Program-made: the position numbers and the translations under genes
Notes under the pieces: generated by a model
What the model was told of the DNA's origin: nothing
The model's input: only the letters and a program-made list of their open reading frames with translations
The model's database searches: none
Shown: piece by piece, positions 26,328-35,939 of the stretch
Layout of the letters: every line of letters starts with the position of its first letter
Position numbering within the stretch: the first letter of the stretch is position 1
Assembly (NCBI GenBank): GCA_964016885.1
Contig: OZ024742.1
Location: 81,406,001-81,470,000 of the forward strand
Direction of reading: 5' to 3'
Length of the DNA stretch: 64,000 bases
DNA from: Eledone cirrhosa
Lineage: Eukaryota

Positions 26328-26510
26328 CGGCAATATCGGTAGATGGTCAGACGACATGTTTTGTCGCATAGAGTTACGGCCCTTGCCATTCTGAGTTCAA
26401 ATCCTGCCGAGATTAACTTTGCCTTTCATCCGTATGGGGTCGATAAAATAAAGTACCAGTAATACACTGGTTAATTGTGGCCGTGTGCCAATAGTAGAAA
26501 CAATTATTAT
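26328..26510 (+). mobile_element. tRNA-derived SINE
   Basis: GGCAATATCGG, GAGTTCAAATCC, the conserved core and an ATT tail, as at 5737. Confidence 0.9.
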
Positions 26511-26955
26511 TCAAGTATGAATATTATATATAAATATATACATATACACATACATGTATATATATATAATGGTCTCCACGTTCTCAGCTCCACGGGCACG
26601 CTTACTCTATCTACAGATATTGGGTGGTTCAGTAAACATATATATGAAATATTGTACTCTCTTAATGAAGGATTAAAGTCGGATACGCCGAGCGCTTTTT
26701 TTAAAAACATATTTCATTCTAAGTGTGAAGCTAACACAATTAATCATTTGATTATCTCTGTGTTTCTCAATTTTTATTATAATATCCATCTTTAGGTAAG
26801 TCGAGTCTGGATTTCTACCTGGTACCATTGAACTACTATTTCCAGTAGACTTGAGCGGCCAGGAATCACGAGCAGATTACGCTGAGTTCAGATAACGGGA
26901 ATTTTCTTTAATTCATCACCACCTAAATGCCCCTTTGTTCAACACTGACAAAGGA

Positions 26956-26998
26956 ACGATGGACTAGTTTCTAGCCTTTTAGCTGTCATCAGCACTGT
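26956..26998 (-). ncRNA. Type I hammerhead ribozyme, array unit 1 (best preserved)
   Basis: Minus strand: ACAGTG-CTGATGA-CAGC-TAAAAG-GCTA-GAAA-CTAG-TC-CATCGT. The core is intact with a GUC triplet and palindromic stem III. Stem I extends past an AGGTAT bulge (GGA/TCC). Confidence 0.85.
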
Positions 26999-27365
26999 AT
27001 ACCTTCCTGTCAATCGATTGAACGTTTGAAAGTATATACTTTCCTCATGAATATTAACGACTGAGCAGCCTAATTTGCATATTCAGTGAGTTGGTCGACC
27101 GGACTAACCGAAAACGATACATGAAAAGAAATGAAATGTCAATTCTCACTCTTAGTACGGCTGATACTTAAGTATAAGGATGTATACAGACTTACAGTAG
27201 TATGTATATACATACATACACATATATATATATATATATATATGTACATCTGGGTTTACCGAACATTTATTATACTGTTCGTTTGGTTTGTAAACAAACA
27301 GCCCGAATTAAGCCGTGCAGTGCTCGGCAACCATCGTACCCCTTTTGTTCAACACTGACAAAGGA

Positions 27366-27408
27366 ACGATGAACTACTTTCTAGCTTCTTAGCTGTCATC
27401 AGCACTGT
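27366..27408 (-). ncRNA. Type I hammerhead ribozyme, array unit 2
   Basis: ACAGTG-CTGATGA-CAGC-TAAGAA-GCTA-GAAA-GTAG-TT-CATCGT; stem III is mutated. Confidence 0.75.
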
Positions 27409-27791
27409 ATACCTTCCTGTCAATCGATTGAACGTTTGAAAGTATATACTTCCTTATGAATATTAACGGCTGAGCAGCCTAATTTGCATATTGAGTGAGT
27501 GAGTTAGTCGACCGTGCTAACCGAAAACGATACATGGAAAAAAATGAAATTTCATTTCCTACTCTTAGTACGGCTGATACTTAAGTATAAGTATGTATAC
27601 GTACTTACATATATGTATACAGACTTACAGTAGTATGTATATACATACATACATACACGCAAATATATATGTACGTATAGGTTTACCGAACATTTATGAT
27701 TATGTTCGGTTTGTTTGTAAACAAACAGCCCGAAGTAAGCCGTACAGCGTTCGGCATCATCGTAGCCCTTTTGTTCAACACTGACAAAGGA

Positions 27792-27834
27792 ACGATGAAC
27801 TAGTTTCTAGCTTCTTAGCCGTCATCTGCACCGT
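27792..27834 (-). ncRNA. Type I hammerhead ribozyme, array unit 3
   Basis: ACGGTG-CAGATGA-CGGC-TAAGAA-GCTA-GAAA-CTAG-TT-CATCGT. Stem I is fully paired, but the core has a U4>A change. Confidence 0.7.
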
Positions 27835-28134
27835 ATACCTTCCTGTCAATCGAAAGTATATACTTTCCTTATGCATATTAACGGCTGAGCAGCCTAATTT
27901 GCATATCGGGTGAGTTAGTCGGCCGGGCGTACCGAAAACAATAAATGGAAAAAAATGAAATTTCATTTCTCACGCTTCTAACGGCTGATACTTAAATATA
28001 AGTATGTATACTTGCATACATATATGTATACAGACGTACAGTAGTATGTATATACATACATACATGCACACACATATATATATAATAACGTATGTGTTTA
28101 CCGAACATTTATTATACTGTACGTCTGTATACAT

Positions 28135-28810
28135 ATATGTATAGAAACTCACCAGGAGAATGTTTCGCCATTTAAGTGGGTTCCAATTCGGCCGTGTGGG
28201 TCATCAGCATGTGGAAGGCCAATAGTGTCCGCACTACTAGAGAAAACTAACTTTCGCAAATGTATATATATGGGAAATGCGTACGCGAGGCAGTAACCGG
28301 TGGTATGAACAGAACAAGCTGCTATAGGTGGCAGCCTATACTATTCAGTTTATGGTGTTCAACAGCAGAGAAAGGGCAAGGAGCAATTATCAAGTTAAAT
28401 ATAGGAGCAAATGACTCGCGTATGATACTGTAATTAAATGAGATCAAAGGAAATAGTTTTCCTGGGCATTTTAAAAATGCAATATATAGAGGGGAAAGAC
28501 ACAGGAGAGTGTGTTTTTCTTTACAGGAATTTCAAACCACCAGCGTGAAGAGAATATAAGCTAATAGAGGCATAGGAAATACATTAAAATTAGAAGTATG
28601 AATTAAAATGAGGAACCAACCTCATATCGAGATCACACATGTACCAGGAGAGTGTTTCACCATTTAAGTGGGTTCTAATTCGCCCGTGTGGGTCATCAGC
28701 ATGTGGAAGGTCGATATTGTCTGCACTACTAGAGAAAACTAAAGTAAACTACCTTTCGCACATGTATATATAAGGGAAATACTTGCGTGAGGTAGTAACC
28801 GTAACATATA
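28135..28810 (-). repeat. Second hammerhead-bearing tandem repeat (period ~492 bp, ~1.35 units)
   Basis: ACCAGGAGA.TGTTTC.CCATTTAAGTGGG...GGGTCATCAGCATGTGGAAGG...AGTAACCG occurs at 28151 and 28643. It is unrelated in sequence to the adjacent 420-bp repeat. Confidence 0.85.
28636..28705 (-). ncRNA. Type I hammerhead ribozyme motif, family 2
   Basis: CACATG-CTGATGA-(34 nt, CCA/TGG base)-GAAAC-ACTCTCCTG-GTA-CATGTG, with a perfect 6-bp stem I and GUA triplet. A sister copy lies at 28135-28213. Confidence 0.75.
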
Positions 28811-28947
28811 TATATATTTGCAGTTATATTTGCTTTAATGGTAAGTCACATTTTATATCTTTTCTTTACTTTGCCCTTTTCATTTATTTTATTTTCCTTT
28901 TCTTCTTTACCTTTATTGCTATCGATTCATTGTAGATACATTCCTGA

Positions 28948-29011
28948 AAAGTTACAACCACAGACATTTCCACTTATAACTACCTAACAAGAATTATGTT
29001 TGTGTGCGTGA

Positions 29012-29059
<48 letters not shown>

Positions 29060-29197
29060 ACACTCACGCACACAAACATAATTTTTGTTAGGTAGTTATA
29101 AGTGGAAATGTCATATATATATATATATATGTATACACTCACGCACACAAACATAATTCTTGTTAGGTAGTTATAAGTAGAAATGTCTGTGGTTGTA

Positions 29198-29202
<5 letters not shown>
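28948..29202. repeat. Arm-(TA)n-inverted arm-(TA)n-inverted arm structure
   Basis: 28948-29018 is copied in reverse complement at 29057-29112 and again at 29131-29202. Each copy has one private substitution. Confidence 0.95.
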
Positions 29203-29264
<62 letters not shown>

Positions 29265-29447
29265 TGTTATACTTGGAAAGGGTCATATTGTTGTAATAAT
29301 ATTGCCAGAAATAATAACGGAACACACTCACTGTTTGGTTGGTTTTCGCTTCTGTATCTTTTATATCACCATAGTTAGTGTATTTGGCAATCAATGTTTA
29401 TCATTAACTAACCAATGGTTACAAATATATATATACATATATATATA

Positions 29448-29499
29448 TAGTCTAACAGATTTCTTTCGTTACACATCTACAACATCATCAGTGGTACTA
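29448..29499 (-). ncRNA. Degenerate hammerhead-like motif, family 3 (paralog at 57708-57759 +)
   Basis: TAGTACCA-CTGATGA-T-GTTGTA-GATG-TGTAAC-GAAA-GAAATC-TG-TTAGACTA. The core and stem II are good, but the cleavage triplet and stem I are imperfect. Confidence 0.55.
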
Positions 29500-29547
29500 T
29501 TATCATGTTACCTCCTATTGTATTGTAATGTTCACGCCATTTTTATT

Positions 29548-29578
<31 letters not shown>

Positions 29579-30021
29579 TTTTAGTCGGCGTCTCTTAAAA
29601 GGAGAAAAACGGTTCAGTACTATGCGAACACGCCAGACAAAGACATAAATGTAATATAGACAACATAGAAATGAAGATAATATCTATACATAGAAATGAC
29701 CCAACAGGTAGGCAAGTCAGAGAAACAAGTGAAATATAGCTTAGAAAACCAAATTTAAACACAAAAAAACGAATGGAATAACAACAACCATACCCAAACA
29801 AACATTACTGAATTATGGGAAATATATATAAATAAATAAATATATAGACAAGTACAATAACAACAAATACATATAAACACACTCTAGTATACAAGGATAG
29901 AATACACAAACCAAAACACATACGCTCTAACGCGAACACACACATAAAACAGTATACACCCACGTAAACCCATGCACAGAGATATTACAATACAATAGGA
30001 GGAAACATGATAATAGTACCA

Positions 30022-30448
30022 CTGAGTCCCTTGTGCAGATGGACTCGACGTCTTCCTTCGAAGAGGAAGGGAAGGCGGTTTTCATCTGCCTATGTGGCCA
30101 TTGCGAAAGAGATTGTGTGGTGGACAAGGTTGAAAGGGTTAAAGACAGAAACTTTCCTCTTCGGCGTATCCCTGATTAACTTTCTCAAGTTTTACTTGAA
30201 GAGGAAAATCTGGGTGGAGAGGCAAGTGCTGTCTTCTAGAAAGTTTGTTGAAAGGTGGGTGAATGTAGCGAGAACGGAACCGCTCTGAATATACGCTTTT
30301 AGTTTGAGGAATGGGAGAACATTGAAAGATGGCCCTTGCCCTGGTGGTCAGGGTGGCCGTGGTCTTTTGTGTGGTTTTCGCCACGAGTAACCCTCGGAGG
30401 TTTCCACCTATTGGGGAATTTTTCTTTGATTGAATTTTCCTTTTTATT

Positions 30449-30499
<51 letters not shown>

Positions 30500-30655
30500 T
30501 CTATGGCTTTCTTCTTTTTCGTTTCTTATATAAATAATAAAAATCTTTACTCGCACAAAACCCACATCGTACCATCCTGTACCGTCCTCTACCGTGCTGT
30601 GCCGTCTGTAATGTGATTCTTGATGTCAGCCCTTGTAGCCAATAAAGAAATCATT
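30022..30655 (+). mobile_element. Tx1-type LINE, 3' fragment
   Basis: AKEIVWWTRLKGLKTETFLFG...KRKIWVERQVL...FVERW, then a 3' UTR ending CCCTTGTAGCCAATAAAGAAATC(ATT)n. Confidence 0.9.
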
Positions 30656-30678
30656 ATTATTATTATTATAATAATAGT

Positions 30679-30721
<43 letters not shown>

Positions 30722-30776
30722 GGTGATAGTAACCCACATGGTGGATATATCGTTATGGAATCACTCCTGTAAGTTT

Positions 30777-31086
<310 letters not shown>

Positions 31087-31133
31087 CAACCTACACAAAT
31101 ACGTGACTGATAGTAAGGAGCCAATGCTCAGAA

Positions 31134-31610
31134 CTGTAGCATTAAAGTCACCAGGCACGATGACTTTGTCTGCCTGAGGGATATTTCTTAAAACACCTTT
31201 CAAGGCATGGTAAAAGGACACTTTTTCTTCATCGACAGAATCCAAAGTTGGAGCATACACACTAACCAGGGTCGCATATCTTCCTTTGTCTAGCGAATTC
31301 TCATGGGCATTAGACGCTCACTAACCCCTACTGGGAATTGTTCTAGTTTATTCACAAGAACAGTCTTAACAGCAAATGCTACACAGTTCTGGTTCCTTCA
31401 TCTCTTCCTTTCCAGAAGAATGTATATTCTCCACAAAATTCTGTAAGATAACCATCTCCAACTACCCTCGTCTCAGATAAAGCCACGATTTCAAGATCGT
31501 AACGTCGAGGCTCCTTTGCAACAAGAGCGTTCCTTCGTTCAGGCGTTCCAAGGAATCCCTTTCAAGCAGCGTCCGTACGTTCCAGCAGCGAAGACTAAAT
31601 GCCTTGTTTG
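31134..31610 (-). mobile_element. RTE-clade LINE fragment (AP-endonuclease N-terminus)
   Basis: The minus strand gives CWNVRTLL, RYDLEIVALSETR, YTFFWKG and VSVYAPTLDSVDEEKVSFY...IPQADKVIVPGDFNA. It abuts a ~58-bp R4 fragment (31082-31140). Confidence 0.85.
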
Positions 31611-31791
31611 GCTCTATTACAGTGGCAGGATGACGAGCGGGCCCAGGCTGTGATAACCTGCGTCCCCTACCCTTATTACCAATTATCGTTTTATTCCAGA
31701 ACCTGTAGTGCCAATTATCTATTATTGTTTTGGAACATCATTGAATTTTGAAATAAAAAAAATAATAATAGTAACAATAATAATAATAATA

Positions 31792-33700
31792 CAAGAGACC
31801 TTAAAAAGGCTACATAAGGAATGTTAATGGCTGCGCAGGAGCAGGCCCTTAAAACGAAGTGCTTGAAACACCATATTTACAAGGAGGAGGCTAGCCCACT
31901 GTGCAGGATCTGTGGAGAGAGAGATGAGACTGTGGCTCACATTGTATCCGAATGTAAACACCTAGCCCAGATTCACTATAAAGCGAAAGTATGAAGTCCT
32001 GGAAAACAGAGTTAACATCGGGCGGAGATCCTTAGGAGGCGTGAAGATCAAGAGAGGTATCTATCAGGGAGATAGTTTGTCCCCTCTGTTGTTAGCCTTT
32101 GCCCTGATACCCCTGACCATTATACTGCCGAAAGTGAGAGCAGGATACAAGTTGGGAAAGGGAGAGCTTACCATCAATCACCTCCTCTTCATGGTCGATC
32201 TTAAGCTCTTCGAGAAGAGTGAGAAGGAGTTGGATGTGCTTGTTGACACTGTCCGTATTTTCTGCAATGATATATGTATGCAATTTGGTATTAGTAAGTG
32301 TGGAGTCCTTGTGATGAATAGGGGTAAATTGAGCAGAAGCAACGGAATCCAGGTACCAACAGGTAAGATGATAAAGGAAATTAAGACTGAAGAAGGATAC
32401 AAATATGTAGGTGTTCTGGAGGCTGATGACATCAAGAACAAAATATGAAGGAATTGGTAAGATCTGAATACATTCGGAGAGTAAGGAGCGTATTAAAGTC
32501 ACATCTGAACAGTAGGAATGCCATAAGTGCTGTAAATTCCGAGCTGTGTCTATTATTAGGTACAGTGCGGGAATTCTGAGATGGAATGTTGCTGAACAAA
32601 AAGAAATGGATAGGAAGACTAGGAAGCTATTGACTATCTACAACATGTTCCACAAGATGAGTGATGTCGATAGACTCCACTTAAGGAGATCTGAAGGTGG
32701 AGAGGTCTTATTAGCATAGAGGACTGTGTTCAGATGGAGAAAAACAACCTACATAAATACGTGACTGATAGTAAGGAGCCAATGCTCAGAATTGTACTGA
32801 AGGAGAGGACAATAGACCAGGGGATGTCCGAGGAGGAAATAACAACGAGGAGAAAGAGCAACCTTCATGAAAAATCCCTTCATAGTACCTTCTTTGATAA
32901 AACTGAATTTAGAGATCCACAAACATGGAACTGGTTGAAAAGAGGAGACCTTAAAAAGGCTACAGAAGGAACGTTAATGGCTGCGCAAGAGCAGGCCCTC
33001 AAAACAAAGTGGCTGAAATACCATATTTACAAGGAGGGTGCTAGCCCACTGTGTAGGATCTGTGGAGAGAGAGAGGAGACTGTGGCTCACATTGTATCTG
33101 ATTGTATCTAGCCCAGACTCACTATAAAGACTGGATACATGATGTGATGGGCAGGGTGATCCACTGGCACCTATGCAAAGTAAACAATTTACCACGTTCT
33201 GAGAAGTGGTATGAGCATAAGCCAGATTCGGTGATAGAAAACGATCAGGTGAAGGTGCTGTGGGATTCTAGGATACAGTCGTACAAGAAACTGGAACACA
33301 ATAGACCTGGCCTGGTGGTTTTGGACAAGGGAAAAAGATCGTGCCTGATTGTGGATGCAGCTGCCCATTCGACACGAAAGTGCAAGAAAAGGAGAGGGAG
33401 AAAATTAACCGATACCAGGACTTAAATTGGGAGGTAAAAAGGATTTGGAACTGCCAGGATGACAAAGTGGTCCCGATTGTCATAGGCGCACTAGTTACTA
33501 TCTCAAAGAGTCTCCCAGGATGGTTAACGAAAATTGATACAACCCCGCTTTTTGGAACACTTCAAAAGGCATGCTTGCTGGGAACAGCAAGAACCCCCCG
33601 ATACGTCCTAAATGTCTGAGGCTGCAGGTAGTGGGTTGATAATCATTTCAACAAACTTTCCAGTTAAATAACATCAATGACTGAGACTCAAAGAACAATA
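31792..33700 (+). mobile_element. R4/Dong-type non-LTR retrotransposon, 5'-truncated, rearranged and decayed
   Basis: [37 protein letters not shown], and RLE motifs HNRP..VV.DK, IVD.ACPFD, EKINRYQDL. 31792-31983 is a displaced second copy of the zinc-knuckle region. Confidence 0.92.
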
Positions 33701-34249
33701 ATATTACACTATTAATAATTATTAATTAATGCAATCGGCAATGCCTTTGCGTGACGAATATTTTTAAAGTGAGGGAAGACTGTGCACTGAGCCAATCTCA
33801 CTCTTTGAGCGACAGTAGCTATATCCCGATAGAAGAAAATATCAACATCATCGGTAACAACTGAGCCGCAGGTTTTATTTAGGAGTTAACCCAGTTTCCT
33901 GAGGTGCCTTCTCCTAGGAGAATGCCCTGACAAGTGCTAGGGGTTCTTCGCTCTCAGTGCTTTAACTGCGTGATCGGGTATGCAGCCCGACTATTTCTAT
34001 GTCCCCGCGCATAAAAATTAAAAGTAAAAGCTCACTTATTGACACTTATACGTACGGCATGCACACACGCGCGCACACACACACACATACATACGCGCGC
34101 ACACACCAACACTCATACATACAAACACACACACACACGCTACTCACTTAGACACGCACACACATATATATATATATTACCGTCATTACTGATACAAGAT
34201 TACAAGAGTATGTCAACTCTTGACTTTCAAAAGAGTTCCTATAGTTGAA

Positions 34250-34430
34250 GCCGTTCGTGTTAGCGATCAGTATTATTATAATTGCTTTACTGCATAGAGC
34301 TATGGCCCTCCACCCTCCGAGCTCAAATCCCGCATTGCCTTTCATCCCCAAGGAGTCAACAAAAGAGAGTACCAGTAATGCGCTGGAACAATTGCTGGCT
34401 CCATGACAAAAGTAGAAACATTATTATCAT
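34250..34430 (+). mobile_element. Diverged tRNA-derived SINE
   Basis: GAGCTCAAATCCCGCATTGCCTTTCATCC...AGTACCAGTAATG...AAAAGTAGAAACATTATT. Confidence 0.75.
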
Positions 34431-35867
34431 TAAAGTTGTTGTTTTCTTAAGGCCCGGTCTCTGGTGATGGTGGTGGTGGTGGTGATGGTGGCAGTTGATG
34501 TTGTTGTTGTGTTGTGTGTGTGTGTGTTTTGTTATTTTGTGTATTTTGTGTATTTTTCGGTTTTTTTAATCGTTTGATGCCGCTGTTGTAAATGTTCATT
34601 TCAATTCATCTGAAGCTGGGTTGCTGTAAACATTAGTGCCGGTGTCGTTGTTGTAGATATTGGGGTTGAAATCCGGTCGTTTAACTGAGTGATGTATATA
34701 CACACATATACATACATATAAATATTTATACACACATACACATTCAACACAGACTAGAGAATTTGACAACAGGTCGGTGACTTTAGCCTAGATAGGGTAA
34801 TGACATGTGTAAATGTAAATGTGGTGGTGGTGGTAGACGTTATTGTAGTGGCGGTGTGTGTAGGGGGGGAGGGGGGTTGATGACGGGCACTGAGATGTAT
34901 CTAGTTCATTTGTCCGTTTTCTTCTCTCTGCAAAATTTGAATTTTAACCATGTTATATAGAGATGTAAATAAATGTAAAATGTAAAATATAAATAATGAT
35001 TGCCCTGGCAAAATATACGAAAATATGTGTGTAACTTTCACAAACTTCCCAAGTCCAGTGACTAAACAATTGTTGTATTTTCATGCTTCAGAATACAAAA
35101 ATTAATTAAAAACTCAACCCACGAAAAGACAGCGTATATTTATATGTTAAGTCCTAATCAGATGAAATAGCCTTGTCCCTGAATGGAAGAAACATGTCTT
35201 TAATTGGTAGATATGAAAAACCAATCATATTGGACACTTCCAATTATCGGTGTGAGAAAATTAACCAACGACTGACAAGTGTTAATTGAATTCGAGGAGG
35301 TTTGCAATTAAAATTCAGTAATTGAAAAACCTTGCTACAGTGAAATTGCAATTCACATAGATGTAATGTGCTCGTTAATTATATGACAGAAAACAATATT
35401 GGGTCACAACTCATTTCCACTAAATTGATATTTAACCCTTGGCGACATGCTTCTATAAATTGTTTGTATACAATACTATTCATTCTTATAACAAAAATAA
35501 CACAGACTTATTCTCGCTATACATATTCAGATTACAAATAATGTATAAAGAATACAAAGGTACTGATTAATTACTGTAAGTATTTGATATATTGCTTTCT
35601 CTCGCCCATTAATTAATGCGATAAATTTCGGGATATAAAATGTGTACCTTGTACTACATTAATTCTCGACAGTAACAAGTAGGTTGTAAGTACAGGCGTA
35701 AAGAGTGTGTTTATTGCTGTTTGAAGATTGATATGCAAATTTCAACAGAACATGCTACCGAACTTGGGATACATGCAGCTTACATCTAGTATCTAGTTTC
35801 TCGCTACAGGAGCTTATTTCGAATAAAAGCCTATGTATTCACATATTTAAAACAAGTACATGAAGAT

Positions 35868-35931
35868 ATTTGTCAAAAACATCTAATGCATATATATATA
35901 TATATATATGCATTAGATGTTTTTGACAAAT
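35868..35931. repeat. Perfect palindrome with 22-bp arms around (AT)n
   Basis: ATTTGTCAAAAACATCTAATGC-(AT)n-GCATTAGATGTTTTTGACAAAT, followed by another TA run. Confidence 0.95.
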
Positions 35932-35939
35932 TATATATA

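Larger units (their letters stand above)
26930..28140 (-). repeat. ORF-less tandem array (~2.8 units of 410-426 bp), one hammerhead per unit; retrozyme-like
   Basis: AACACTGACAAAGGAACGATG recurs at 26941, 27351 and 27777. The units are diverged from each other and have no coding potential. Confidence 0.92.
28380..30720. repeat. Left arm of an inverted segmental duplication (partner 56570-58550)
   Basis: Same order of hammerhead repeat, unique block and Tx1 3' fragment, including the shared junction GTACCACTGAGTCC.TTGTGCAGATG (30016 vs 57184-57209 reverse complement). Confidence 0.9.

Noticed and set aside
27072-27080. Octamer ATTTGCAT in each unit of the 420-bp repeat as an snRNA-type promoter element
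   Set aside because: It is a short motif, altered in the 11250 copy, and I recognised no snRNA body or PSE. It would only be worth revisiting if the array proves to be transcribed.
26930-28140. Possible CRISPR-like or ordinary satellite array
   Set aside because: There are no unique spacers, the context is eukaryotic and the whole unit repeats. The embedded hammerhead and the dispersed inverted copy explain it better.
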